Shown here: in pieces, positions 1-12,689 of the stretch
Layout: every line of letters starts with the position of its first letter
How positions within the stretch are numbered: position 1 is the stretch's first letter
Assembly (NCBI GenBank): GCA_002633005.1
Contig: NMRA01000022.1
Coordinates: forward strand, 238,056 to 302,055
Source of the DNA: Phoronis australis
Taxonomy: Eukaryota > Animalia > Phoronida
Length of the DNA stretch: 64,000 nucleotides
Direction: 5' to 3'
Notes under the pieces: model-generated
Databases searched by the model: none
What the model was told of the DNA's origin: nothing
What the model saw: the letters and a program-made list of their open reading frames with translations, nothing else
Translations under genes and position numbers: made by a program

Positions 1-1499
1 ATGACCCCTGTAGCCAATCTGATCAACTCCATTCTGGCATTTATGATTAGAGGGCTAGCTCTCTTTTGTTCGATGATTGCTTAATCTCCAATAAGATCGT
101 ATCTAGCCCTGACTGGGCTGTGCTGTTAAAGATAAAAGTTAAATTATAATATATTTGAACATAAACCAAAGCATTTCTGAATTCCTAGTCAAATGCTGAT
201 CATATTTAGTTTTTGAATCGCCAAAATCGTCCAACTACAACCGAAGTAACGACAATCTATTCTTTCCGAACATGCCAATTCGCTTTGGGTTTGACTCTGT
301 TCACAGGTGGTAGATAATTGGCCTGCCTGTTGTCGTAACAGACAAAAGACTGTGCTTGGCAGTTTACAAAGAAGCTGGGTGTTGTCACACGCTAAAAACT
401 GGTAAAGTCACTGAACGGGAAAACGCCGTAAACCGAGAACAACAGCAGCCTGAGGCGATTTGACCGCTACAGCTGGCTAGGTGTCTTTGATCTAAACCGG
501 TAGATTCTGTGGTGCGCAAACCGGTCGTGTTGTCCAATCTCGACCTGTTAGGTGTCAACGTAGGATTCTTATCATGTTAGTGTAACGCAGTCTTTTTCTG
601 TTGTCCAGTGCTACACTCAATGGGATAATAGCTCATTGGCTACACCACAGAATTCAGTAGCAGGTTCGGCGAATACAGGGTTGCAGGACTGCTGAAAGGC
701 AGCAGCCAGGACGCCGGACGCATGCCGAATGCTGTCGGTGGCAGAGTAAAAAGCACTGAGCAAGATGCCAGCACCCCGGCCGCACAGCGCATGCCAATTG
801 CCAATACCCTCACCGGTCGACCGATTGTGTTGTTGACTTTAGAAGCTGATGCTCTCTCCAAAGAAATAAGTACTGCATGTAGAGAACAACATAGCATTCT
901 TTGAATTCTTGGTAGTTGAATAGTTCGTGAAAAGTACACGTGATTAGGTTTTTCAATATTGAAAAATCGGACAAACACTAGAAAGCAACTCAACCAGCGG
1001 GGTGGGCGAGCAACATATAATTGCGAAAAAGTGTCATTGTATAATTCTGGGCATGCCTGCGGTGTCTCCTAGGGTTGTAGGGTAGCAGGGCGGCCAGCAG
1101 TCTACACACCGATGAAGCAGCAACAGCAAGCCGGTATAAAAAACATTAGGTTTTGACCTCGCCGTGGGAAAATGATCCGGGCCCGGCAGTGAGACAATGT
1201 TGGTCAATTAATTTCGTCCACCACCGCTGTTAAAAACCCTTCAGCCTGTTGAGAATATGTCTGTGGAAGTAATTTTTCAACGGTTTTGTTGATAGCTGAC
1301 GGACATTCGCATTGTGTGGTTTCTTTGGTTTAGTTAGCACCCGGTCGCGGATTAGAACACCATAATTACTGGGGCGCTAGGCTGCGCTCAAGTTAGGGCC
1401 CTCTCTTTCAAAGTACCGGAACATTGCCACTAACTTCTTATACAAGGACGAGCCCTTAAAAAGAGTCATTTTTCCAAGAGTTTCAAACCTAATGTTACA

Positions 1500-2190
1500 T
1501 AAGCACCATTTGATGGTTGGGCGGATTTCATCACTACAGCGCCTCCTAGTAGCCACCTTTAGTTGAGCAAGAGGGTTTTCTGATGATAACTAAAGATCCG
1601 ATTGACGGATTTCAATGAAACTTCACACATGAGGTCAAGGCACTGATTCCATTAAATATTCCCAGGATTTTACCTCTGTAGCGCCTCCTAGTGTCTATTT
1701 TGTTCTTCGGTGGGGCTTATCAGTTAAGTGTTGTTTGGTGAAAAAGCTTTTCAGGATATCTAGAGAACAGACTGGTGAACTGGCGATGAAACTTGACGCA
1801 GAGGTATATCATGTCAATGTGCGGGCACCATTTGACTTTCGGGTGGATTCAACCACTGCAGCACCTCCTAATGGCCGCTTTGAGGATGAGCGTTTCATAA
1901 TTTAATACAGCTTGGCATAGCCAGCACCATTACATTTTCAGGCGGATTCAACCACTGCAGCATCTCCTAGTGGCCATTTTGTTTTTGGCAAAATGCTTTT
2001 GAACTATTATTAGGGAGGAGTGCGTTTCCAGATGATATCTAGAGAACTGACTGGTGCATTTCGATGAAACTTGACACAGAGTTATACTGACCCACAATGG
2101 CAATACTAAATTTTTGGGTGGAGTCGACCACAGCAGCACGTTATACTGGCCCCTTGAAACATATTGCGATGCACCCTGGGCACAATGTTG
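1500..2190 (+). repeat. degenerate tandem array (~100-180 bp units), probably the interior of a second HINE-like family
   Basis: Recurrent gatgaaactt(c/g)ac(a/g)ca-gag, ggattcaaccactgcagca and gc(g/a)cctcctagtgg blocks. Confidence 0.6.
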
Positions 2191-2507
2191 ACTCCATCTT
2201 ATCTTACTTCCAGTCATTTTGCTGAAGACATTGAAGGATCTCTCTCTTGGTAGAGTTTGACATGATTGTGATTTCGAAGCTTTCTTTTGTGTCTAACAAG
2301 AGACAACTACTGGTCCAGTCGACATATGAGTAAGAATACATGGCAATGCATTTGAACGTTTAGTTTTGTGTTTTAACAAAAAGACTTGTTTTTTAAAAAG
2401 TACAAATCTGTTTTCTGCACAATACACATCCTCTATTAGTACCAATCACTATTATAGATTTTTTATCTATAACACAGCAAAGTTCACATAAATAAATCAT
2501 TAAAAAA

Positions 2508-2513
2508 TTTATT
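2508..2513 (-). terminator. candidate polyadenylation signal (AATAAA) for AUH
   Basis: tttatt on + strand ~440 nt downstream of the stop, in an AT-rich 3' region. An alternative ATTAAA lies near 2617-2622. Confidence 0.45.
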
Positions 2514-2952
2514 GATAACACAAATACTATAAATTCAAAATTTCTGACACATGGATTTAAAAAATAAGACCACATTTAAAACACTTTCCTTTAAATACCT
2601 TACAAGTCACAGGTTCTTTAATTTGTTAACATAATCTAATTATAAATGATAGCAATTTGACTGTATCTGAAATTACTATAAGTATCATTTGTCATGATTT
2701 TAGCAAGGGGCCATACCCAGTATTGAAATGGACACATGCAAATGGCTTGCATGGCTGTGCACTTACTGTTCCAATAAACTCCTGTCAGGGATTACGCCAA
2801 GCATGCATTTTGAAACAATGCACTCAGCGAGCCTCAAAATGAATATCTTGATATGATCAGTAGCCACCTTGAGTACATCACATTCGAAAAGTGCACAAAA
2901 CTGGCAGGCATGTATTTTTTTCAGCAGTTCATATCTGTCTATGTTCCAGTCC

Positions 2953-3030
2953 CTATTCTCCTTTGAACTGTGGTGGCCTTTTCTCCTTGAATGCTTTTAA
3001 AGCCTCCAGTCTGTCCTTTGTGGGAATTAC
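2953..3030 (-). CDS. AUH: AUH exon 8, terminal ([25 protein letters not shown])
   Basis: tttaag| acceptor, 78 nt ending in TAG; [19 protein letters not shown] is the canonical AUH C-terminus. Confidence 0.95.
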   Translation of the reverse strand, partial: VIPTKDRLEALKAFKEKRPPQFKGE

Positions 3031-3217
3031 CTTAAAGCAACAATAATGAGTAAATATTCGGCAAGTAACGGGCAGTGTGTTAGAACCTGTGTAGGACAAA
3101 TCGGTACTCATTACTGACCCAATTTACTATACCTACATCAGTATGCCAAACAGTAAAATACAAGTCATGTAATTCTTGAACTAGTCCAAAATCAGCTCAA
3201 GTCACCTGAAATTTTAC

Positions 3218-4217
3218 ACAAGAGCAACGCAGAGCATTGAAATGCGCCCACAATTGCACCGTATACGGTATCCTTCTAGGGTTGTTTATTGCTACCATAA
3301 AGTGGCCAGTAGAGGGCATATATGTGGTACGTTGTACTTTGTAAAATGGAAAGGCATGGTCATTGTCTCCTCAATAGGCTAGGGGCAAAATGTGAGTGAT
3401 CTTCATAATACAAGCACATCCTATACATCAGTTGCTTAAAGCACCACAGAAACGTAGAATTAAAAACAAATTAACCAACATACGAGATTAGCACAGCATT
3501 AGAATGCCAGAAACAAATTTCTACTTGGAACTTTTCCTTCATAGTCACGAAGTAACGCAAAGTATACACCTGAAGACCTATGAAAATACAGAGGTCAATG
3601 TAAAATACTACAATTGCCACTAGAGGCATACCGGTAGTCAGAAGCTTCCTAAAGTCGTCATCGTCCATTGTCAACATCACATAAATACATTTGCTAAATT
3701 TAGTAAAGATCCTGCAAACGGTTTGGGAGATACAGCCATGGGCGCAAAAAAAAACTGCCACTAGGAGGCGCCACAGTAATCAAACTCATGGGAAATTCAG
3801 CGTCAACCTTCCTCTTCATAGTAAGAACATACATGCCAATTTTCACAATCATACTAAGAGCGGTTTGGTTGATAAAGGGGTGGACGCCAAAAAACAGACT
3901 AAAAAACAGTAAAAATGACCACTGGGTGTCGCAAACTAGGTCGAATCCATCCGAAAACGGGAGGATAGCGTCATCGCACTAATAGGTGCCTACATACCAA
4001 ATTTCATGAAAATCCGTTAAGGACTTTTGAAGATACAAAGGTAAGCGTAAAAAACTAAAATTGTCACTAGGGGGCACACCGGTAGTCGGATCCGTCCGAA
4101 AGTTCGCACATGCCGTCCCATTCATGAATGGAACATATGTGCCGCCCGGATGGACGGACCGACGGACGGAGATGGTGGCATAATGCGTCCACATATAAAT
4201 ATGTGGGCGCATAAAAA
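3218..4217 (-). mobile_element. HINE/Helentron-like non-autonomous element, copy 1 (AUH intron 7)
   Basis: Reverse complement of the copy-4 architecture: T-run + TGCGCCCACAT hairpin, GTCC microsatellite (ggacggac at ~4150-4170), internal units, 3' GTGGGCGCA + stem-loop. Confidence 0.75.
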
Positions 4218-4405
4218 TGCAATGATTTGAAGATTTTATGGTGAACATGTACTTGTATAAAAGACCTGGGCTAGAATCCTGTGTTCGCAGATAAACTGTA
4301 AGCATGGCACTCATTAGCACTAGCCTCCCTCTAATTTAATTAATTTTCTAGAGCACAAGTGAGTGTGGTCCGAATGTTGGGGGAGGCTGTCACGGAAACC
4401 AGTGC

Positions 4406-5861
4406 AAGTGACGGATCTACAGGGGGTGATGGGTGGGGGGGGAGGGTGAGAGGGTTCACCCTGAAAACATAATTTCTTTCCATTGTGATTTGCAGTAATC
4501 ACGAAAAGCAACGTAATTCGAGTTTTCTTGGCTCATCGGCAAGTCTCGCGAAGTCCAATTGCGTGTGCGCTTCCATCGATACTTCTGAAGCAGCCAAGCA
4601 CTTTAGATGGATCCACCGCAGGAGAAAGCAGATCTATGGCTGACTTTTTAGGTAACTAGCATTTTCATTTGATTAGGGAAAACACTGTGATACTGCAACC
4701 CTGATATTCAGGCCAATCAACATGCAACGTTTTACCTCATCTGTCATGCCTTGTCATGCTATTACACTCAACACGTTTGTAACTTGAATTTGGCTGGTGC
4801 ATAATAAAGTTGTCTTGCACAATAATCACACAGTGTACATGTAATGAGTTTTTTAAAAAAACGATCAACTCATTTTCCGAAGAACTGCTGTTGAGGCGGG
4901 CCCTGTGGTCTGGTCACGAGTCCGTTTCAACATGCACCCTAGCAAGTTAGGCCTATACAAGGAATGAACCTGGGGGGGGGGGGGCATTCACATTGGCAGT
5001 GTACAGTACCAGAAACTGCGGGTTGTACTTTCTCAGCAAAGTCTTGCAGGACTCATGCGGTGTTCAATAAGCCTTTTAAGGGGCCCTGGTTCCGACCTCA
5101 GCACTCACCATCTTCTTTACTGGGAATTTCCGCAGAAAGGTCCACCCGTTGAAACGCCTATGGGTGTTTATTTGGTGTTACAAATTTGGGTTTCAAGTCT
5201 TCAGACATTGAGACGTTTATTCCAAAAATTGCAAGAGATGCAAATTGGTCCTGGGATACATCGTCTTTGACTAAAGCGCAAGATTTGAAGCCGTCCATGA
5301 TGAAAATGTCAAATATAGTTGCGTATGTAACTATTTTGACAGATGAGACAAAACGTGTTTATATCCAGTAACTTGAGGCTACTGTCACGCGATCATCTGA
5401 TATTCAAGTGTTGGATTTTTACGTGGCCGTCGGTGCTCCTTATGCTCGTGAATATTTGGTAGTGTGTCTAAGTCCCTGTATGAACACTACACTTTTTTGT
5501 ATATGACTTTTCGTATGCTAAAAACCGTTATATGAAGATAGATGTTCCAACTACAATTTTGCTGGTGTCGTGACTTGTACTCTTATGTACACAAAATTAA
5601 TATGGTTTTACGGAACTTAAGAGCTGAGTTCATGTGACAAAGTCGCCATTTTAAATCCTCTTAAAAAACGCCAGAGACACCTTAACTGCCACAAACTCAT
5701 CAGGATGCATGGAAATTGCACTATTTGGCTACAAAAAAAATTGTTTTACACCGGAGGGGGAAACCCCTCTCCCGACCTCCCCCCGCTCGGCACTACATGC
5801 CTCGAATTCGCGCAAAGCGCACATTCTAAGCCCCCTTACTAAAAACGTAGATCCGCCACTG
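4406..5861. mobile_element. non-autonomous TIR DNA transposon, probably with nested insertions
   Basis: aagtgacggatctac(4406-20) vs gtagatccgccactg(5847-61), 13/15 inverted match; G-run/C-run subterminal tracts; agtgc directly flanks both ends. Confidence 0.5.
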
Positions 5862-6613
5862 AGTGCTGAGCACTGGTGTGGCTATTCGTAAAAATGAAAT
5901 AAGCTCATCTCCTTCTAGAGTGTTCTGGTAGGACAGTAAGTTACGTCAGTCGAGAGATATCACAAAAATATGAACATTTTGTGACTTTCGGCCCAATTTG
6001 TATTTGCCTTTTTTAAAATTTGTTTAAACTGACATGGTTTCCGTGGTAGCTTAATTACGTATGGCGGCAATTGAGTGTGTGTCCATAATGCACAAGTCAA
6101 CAGTCACTACAGCAGTTACTTTATTAAATCCAGTTAAGTTTGAAAATATTTGGAGTTGTGTTGAAAGCGCATCGCTTGGTCTTAAATTTGGAATGAACTA
6201 AAAGTTGCATTAAAACCCACTTTATGAAGTTTTTAACTCAAATGAAGCAGAAAGCGCATCTTTGACTTTTAAGTCATTTTTCATGAAACAGACTCTAGTT
6301 TTACAACTACAGCAAACTATATAATGCCTTTAACCAAGACAGGTTCATAGCAAGTTGCGCAGAAAGGAATAGTTTAACAAAGGTGAAATCTCAGCAATTT
6401 AGGTCACAATATGCCTGACCATAGAAATTCCATTATTTCATTTTCTATAGAAGTCGCACGCCACCAAGTACATGCTATATAGACAACATTCTGGGAAAGT
6501 GTGGACATTCACCACAACGCTGAGTAGTCTTTGACAAATGAAAACAATCGATTTTGGTCAACGTTTTTGTTCGAAATTGGTGAGAGTTCACCGAACTAGT
6601 GGTATTGAATTAC

Positions 6614-6712
6614 CTGAGCGTAACACATCTGTTCAATAGCATAGCCAGAATTCAAGTCGACTTCAAGGCCTTGGTTGATTGCTGCTTTTGCCATCCGTAA
6701 AGCAATTGGACC
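6614..6712 (-). CDS. AUH: AUH exon 7 ([33 protein letters not shown])
   Basis: ttacag| acceptor, |gtaatt donor, 99 nt, phase 0/0. Confidence 0.95.
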
Positions 6713-6879
6713 CTGTAAGAAACAGAACTTCAAAAACACTATGCCTAAAATCAAAAGAAACCCTGCAATGCTATCTGCTATCATACAATATCACATATTT
6801 TGGAGAATTATAAACTTGATCGCACTCCTTTTATATGCCCTTTCTATACAGTCTCTTTTCTGAAGGACAGTTTTGCTCA

Positions 6880-7236
6880 CTTTGCAGTTGTAGAGGCGAG
6901 GCGTTCTTGCAAAGAAGTACCGCCATGCTTTCGCTGACGTTGGCTTACAGTCACTTTTCCCTGAATACGACAGAGCTCTCTCTGATTCTGCAGTTTTTAC
7001 CCACAATGTAGTCCGTGGAGCACTTGCCTCCCAGATTTACAGTGCTGTGGTTCTAATCATATGCATCAAGATTCGCTTGTCATTAGTGTTTCTGATGGCA
7101 ATAAAGTTTTGTTGCATAAGTTATGCAGACATAAAAATTTGAAAAGCTGAGTGAGGCGTGATAAATTGTTTTTTTCACTAGTTCAACTCGACTCAAAAGC
7201 GTCTTTGCAACCCTACATTTCTAAAACTAGGTCAAT
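6880..7236 (-). repeat. dispersed repeat ending AAACTAGGTCAAT; inverted homolog at ~45150-45500
   Basis: Collinear diverged blocks (ctctctgattct/agaatcagagag; gaaaagctgagtgaggc/gcctcattcagcttttc; aaaactaggtcaat/attgacctagtttt). Confidence 0.6.
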
Positions 7237-7487
7237 CGTACAACGCGTTTTTCTAACTCTGCATAAGAGGACAGTCGAATCTGATATGTGGTAATTCGGA
7301 AAATTCCAAGATGGTAAAAAAGTTTTCATAATCTATTCTTGTTCAAGATAAACAAATTGTATGATGACTTTTTCTAAATTTCTTTCACAATTTTGGCTAT
7401 AACTTCAGCAAAATAAAAGAAAGACTTCATCAATTTTGTTATCAAAACTACCAGCGGCTCTAGATAACTAAACCTACAAAGTCCTAC

Positions 7488-7612
7488 CTGTGTTAATATT
7501 TCTTTAGCAAGCTCCACCGACTCTATGTATGCAGCATCACCAGCTTCATTCTGTTCTACAGCTCTGTTCACAAGGCCAAGGTCATGGGCTGTGGTAGCAT
7601 CTATGACACGTC
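7488..7612 (-). CDS. AUH: AUH exon 6 (GRVIDATTAHDLGLVNRAVEQNEAGDAAYIESVELAKEILTQ)
   Basis: taccag| acceptor, |gtagga donor, 125 nt; EQNxxGDAAY is characteristic of AUH. Confidence 0.95.
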
Positions 7613-7647
7613 CTGGTACAAGAAACAAATATCTAGAAACGAACTCT

Positions 7648-8837
7648 ACTAGAGCAACGCAGAGCGTTGAAATGCGTTCACGAAGGCACCGCAAACGGTG
7701 TGCTTCCAGGGGTGCTTTATTGAATCACAAAAATGGCCACTAGACGTCACAAAATGAGTCAAATCCATCCCAAAATGGGAACGTTCATCGCTTTTTTAAT
7801 AGAAAGCTATTTACTGAATATCATGAAAATCTGTCAAGGAACTTCAGAGAAACGGAAGACAACGGAAAAAAATGAAATTGCCACTTAGGGGCTATGGGCG
7901 CAAAAAACATAACTGCCACTAGGAGCGCCACAGTAGCCAAAGACGCCAGAAAATCATCGTCAACCGTCCTCTCCACACTAAGAACAAATATGCCAATTTT
8001 CACAATCGCACTGATTTGGTTGATAGAGGGGTAGATGCAAAAATAGACTACAAAACAGTAAAAATTGCCACTAGATGGCACAAAATATGTCAAATCTACT
8101 CGAAAACAGGAACATGTCATCGTTTCAATGGAAATCTATTTACCAGATTTCATAAAAATCTGTCAAGGAGCTTGAATTAGAGAAAAAAGAGGAAAATGGA
8201 AAAAATTAAATTGCCACGTGGGGTACAGCATTTGTTGGATTCGTCGGAAAGTCCTTGCTGGCCGTCCGTTGTCAACTTCGTATAAATACACTTGCTAAAT
8301 TTAATAAAGATTCTGTAGAGCGTTTAGGAGATATAGCCATGGGCGCAAAAACAAACAAAACTGCCACTAGGAGGCGTCAGAGTATTTGAAGTCGGAAAAT
8401 CATTGTCAGCCGTCTTCTTCACAGTAGGAATATATATGCCAATTTTCACAATCATCCTTAGAGTGGTTTGGCTGACAGGGGCGGATGCCAAAAAACAAGA
8501 CTCGAAAATAGCAAAAATGGCCACCAGGTGGCCCAAAATACTTTCGAATCCATTCGAAAATGGAAGAATATTGTTGTCTCACTAATAGATGCCTAACTGT
8601 CAAATTTTATGAAATTCTGTTGAGGACCTCCGAAGATACAAAGGTAAACGTAAAAAAATAAATTTGCCACATGTGGGATAGGTTTGAAATTCGTAATCAA
8701 CCGTCGTCAGCTTCATACGAAAACATCTGCCCAATCTCATCAAGATTCTGCGAGGGATTCAGGAGATAAAGCTGCGGACGGCCAGACAGAGATGACGGCA
8801 ATATGCACCTACATATAAATATGTGGCCACATAAAAA
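7648..8837 (-). mobile_element. HINE/Helentron-like element, copy 2 (AUH intron 5)
   Basis: Same termini (agagcaacgcagagcgttgaaatgcg...; ...atgtggccacataaaaa) and the same internal subunits. Confidence 0.75.
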
Positions 8838-8909
8838 CAGTGCAGGTGGTCTGATAAATGTTGCGTTAGATGTGTGCAGGTCCTCATGAGCACGAAATAC
8901 GTGAAAACA

Positions 8910-9074
8910 TTGTTTTTGTTTATTAATATAAACATACAGTACACATACACAGGTTAAGACCATGGTGAGCAGCTACAGACCTGACTTAAAGATCTTACAA
9001 TGGGGTCCAGGGAGATTTGAACCCACGACCTTGAGAACAGGAGGCAGGCACTCTACTTACTAAGCAAAACTGCC
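8910..9074 (-). mobile_element. tRNA-derived SINE-like element
   Basis: Minus strand: A-box-like TTGCTTAGTAAGTAGAG, B-box GGTTCAAATC, no pairing anticodon/acceptor stems, then a ~90 nt tail ending AATAAACAAAAAC. Confidence 0.6.
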
Positions 9075-9863
9075 TCCTCAAGACATTGTCAAGATTTTCA
9101 GTGATATACTCCCAAGGTTAAATACTCAAAATTGAGATTTGAGATTATACATGAAAGATGAACCCTTTTAGGAAAGTGTGACAACCGACTCCCAACACAT
9201 TCTACAAAAACATGCTCTGAACCATTTCCAGTGGACGCTGCTTGCCAATTATTTGTACATTGCTTCCACCACGTGCTCGGGATTGTGGGCTTTGGTATCA
9301 GTGGAACATTAAATTAACTCTTAATCCTAGGTCATACAAAGCTTTCCAACAACAATCCAATGAGTTTGTGGCTGAAAAATTTGCATATTGGCCAACAGTT
9401 AGGAGATTATCGGGAGTGACGGCCAAGTCAAAAATGACCAATCGCTGATACTGATCTTATGAAAAATCACCCAATCAATATAGGGCATCAGGGTAGAATT
9501 CAATAGGCAGAATCTGCCGAACTTCTGACGAAGGAAACCAGGGATTTGTATTTTAACACCAAAAGGATTCATTGCTTTCCCATTAATAAGTTGCTGAAAC
9601 AAACACAAAGCATTGAGCACTACTGGGAAGAGCATTCCGATAACACATTCATTATGGACTTCTCAAAACATTTTAAACATCGTTTTAACACCCTACACGA
9701 CTTGTTGCTTTCTTAATTTAAATGACCTTCGTGATAATGCGGACACAATACTTCCCCGCTCCAGACCTCTGCAGGTGGACAACAAATTTGCAAGAAGCCG
9801 TGCCTATAAACATGCAAACAGAATAAAAAGTGAGTTCAACCCACAGCGCATCTTTTCACCTAC

Positions 9864-9983
9864 CTGTGAAGATCAACTCTTTGGCCAGAGCTGGCCCCAC
9901 AAGCCTGGGAAGGTTCTGGGTTCCTCCTCCCCCGGGAATTATGGCCAACTTTGTCTCCACTAGGCCCATCTTGGCAGTTGAAG
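9864..9983 (-). CDS. AUH: AUH exon 5 ([41 protein letters not shown])
   Basis: atacag| acceptor, |gtaggt donor, 120 nt; [18 protein letters not shown] is typical of AUH (second catalytic Glu); absent from the ORF track. Confidence 0.96.
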
Positions 9984-10549
9984 CTGTATCATGAAGATTT
10001 AATATTATGCAGTGTCCCACAACTTTGTCTTATTCTATTGATAGCTAGAGTAAATTTGCATGAGTCGGGCACGAGATGTTCGTCTGTAAACCTGATTTTT
10101 TCCAAGAAGCCAAATTTTGACTTAACAGCTTACCACTTTAAAATTGGTTTCCACTTGTTCACTACTCATATGAGAGTAGGTTTTGACAATTCGTTATTCG
10201 TTGAGAATTTGTTCAGCACATAAAATGACCCACTATTTGAAGAGCCTGGTCTCAAGCAATAACGAATTGTCAGTTCTCTGAAGCCCTGAGATCTTTTCCA
10301 ATTTTGACTACAGAGCAATCTGAGACCAACTCACCATGGTTAAAGGTCAAAATTAAAAGCTGCTTTTTGTGATGGAAGGTCGAAGGTTGGTTTATGTCTG
10401 GAGGTGCAGTTGTTCAAGTTTGTGCACTCTACCTTGCGGATAAGTCGAATTTCAGCTGAGAAAAAATCTTTACGTGTGGTCGGATCTGACTATTGCAATT
10501 TTAACTACATGTCAAAAGGAAGGACAGTCCCATCTGAGAACATGATAAT

Positions 10550-10680
10550 ACATTATCCAGACACACACATCTAAACAATACAGTTCTCAGACATGAATAC
10601 ATCCGAGTAAGACATTATCCAAACATGCAAACATCTGAGTATCCAGGCATGTATGCATCTGGTCAATACGTTATTCAGAC
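10550..10680. repeat. degenerate ~30-bp minisatellite (acattatccagacatg...acatc)
   Basis: 4-5 imperfect units visible. Confidence 0.6.
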
Positions 10681-11024
10681 ATTAATAATTGAGAGCACCG
10701 TGTGCTTAAAACATCAAAAATAATAAACCGGCGAAGAGTCCAAAAAAGTGCACGACCCAAAAGTGTGCCGTAAACAATATTGCCTTGCTGTGCAATCAAC
10801 AGTGACAGCTAATTTTCTCACAAAATATTTCCAAATGCCCCAAAAACATTTCTGCTTCCGGCATTTTTTCATTTTTTGTGTCCATCGTCCATTGAGCTGG
10901 AGGATAATCCTCCTTAACCCCACCGCTGCAAAGGTGTAACTCAAGTATAAGAAAGCAACAACAAGAAGTCTACAGGTAAGCCATGGCAGAAATAAAGCGT
11001 CACGCAACAACGACTATAACCTAC

Positions 11025-11204
11025 AGGCAACTCGCAGGTCGCAACCTAGGGCCAGCTCAAAGCCTCCTCCCACAGCGATGCCATCTAGGGCGCAGATGGT
11101 AGGTATTGGGAGGTCCTGTACATCTCTTAAAGTCTGTCGCAACATAGCCACGAATGGACCAACCTTGGCAGCAGGCATAGCAGCACGCTCCTTCAAATCA
11201 GCAC
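11025..11204 (-). CDS. AUH: AUH exon 4 ([10 protein letters not shown]...[28 protein letters not shown])
   Basis: ctgtag| acceptor, |gtaggt donor, 180 nt; GADLKER and GGG-E oxyanion/catalytic motif. Confidence 0.96.
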
Positions 11205-11391
11205 CTACAGTCACAAGATTGTTGGGATAATGTTGGCAAGGGTTTGCAAACCACTTAATTAATATGAACGGATCTAGAAAATCATAAATTAGGACCCATC
11301 AATAATAGTCAAATAACTAAAAAAATTAAAATTTAGCTCGATAGAAGTATATGTTTTCGCATAAATAACTTCCCACCATGCCAACACATAC

Positions 11392-11479
11392 CTGCGCAGA
11401 ATGCACCAGGTACGTCACTCTTTAGGATGACTACTCTGATGTTCTTGTCAAATCGAACTGCTTCTTGAGCCTCACGGAG
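11392..11479 (-). CDS. AUH: AUH exon 3 (LREAQEAVRFDKNIRVVILKSDVPGAFCAG)
   Basis: tttcag| acceptor, |gtatgt donor, 88 nt; FCAG motif continuing into ADL. Confidence 0.95.
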
Positions 11480-12621
11480 CTGAAATGAAAACACCCTGAG
11501 AGATAGTTAGAACTCTCCTCTTTTGTGAGAAAAAAATGAGCTATTGCAGGACAACAGCTGCAGTTTTCAAGAAATAGATAAATCTTGAAAATTGATGAAA
11601 TTTTGAACCAAAAATCTCTGGCTAATTTTCCAATGATGTGGTGTTACTTTTTGCCTGATTTCTTCCTGGGCTTTTGTCAAAACTTTGATGAAGCCAGATG
11701 AATTTTGATGAAAACTGTCAACTCTTTTGAAAAGAAAGAGGTATGCTAACGAGAAAAAGACAATGTTATTGAAAACTCCATGTCTCCCATGGTTACATAA
11801 AAACTGGGAGTATTAAAAGAACACAACTAATTGCTAAAGCTACTATAAACATGATTGCTCATCAAAAAGCTAACTTTTGAGTTAGGAGGCTTAGAAATAA
11901 ACCTGGTCTTAAAAATTTCCTCGTTCAAATGAGAAGCAAAGATTTTTAACTTTTGATTTAGGGCACTTAGAAGAAATATTGTTCCTTTTTTAATTAGATG
12001 CCCTGATTTTCAACCTTAGGAACAAATGGCAGTTAGATATTGTTTGAGACCAGACTCAATACATTTGCTCATCACAGTCTGTGATCTTATTTGTCGAACA
12101 TAATCTTAAGCACTTCCAAATTGCCCATTGATCACTACTGTAGCACTAGAAAACACTGAAAATATCAACACCAATTTTATAGTGGAAAGTGGTCTAAAAC
12201 AAAATTAGTTTCTTTGATGACCAAAGGGAGTTGATAACTGCACTAAGATATGGTTTTAGCACGCATCATCATATCAATCTTTGCACTAAAGAGCTGAAAC
12301 TATGATACCAGGGACTTGGTGAATCTAGCTGAGGCAAGGACAAGTAAAACTCTACATTGGCAAATTTCTCCAAACAATAATGATTAAGAAAATTTTAGTC
12401 TATTACTAGCGTGGTTTGTCCTGGGTGGATGCCATAAAACAACTTTTATTATATTTTCTATTATTTCCAGAAATCAGGCTTTCATTATCACAAAAGTACA
12501 ATTTTTGAAATAATTTTTGAGCAATTTATTAGAAAACTACTGTCTTTGTATTGCAATGCCTTCAGAAAACAACATCACAACTGTTGTGTGTATTCACATA
12601 ACTGAGAAGGTGGCAACTTAC

Positions 12622-12689
12622 GTTTGCAAGCAGGTTTGCATTGATAGCATTCTTCACACCTGGCCTGTTAAAAGCAAACACTGCGACAC
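12622..12689 (-). CDS. AUH: AUH exon 2 (GVAVFAFNRPGVKNAINANLLAN)
   Basis: ttacag| acceptor, |gtaagt donor, 68 nt; crotonase NRP..KNA motif. Confidence 0.93.

Noticed and set aside
1158-1200. 2A-like peptide (WENDPGP) on the plus strand
   Set aside because: Does not match DxExNPGP and there is an in-frame stop a few codons upstream
9001-9074. Functional tRNA gene
   Set aside because: Acceptor and anticodon stems do not pair
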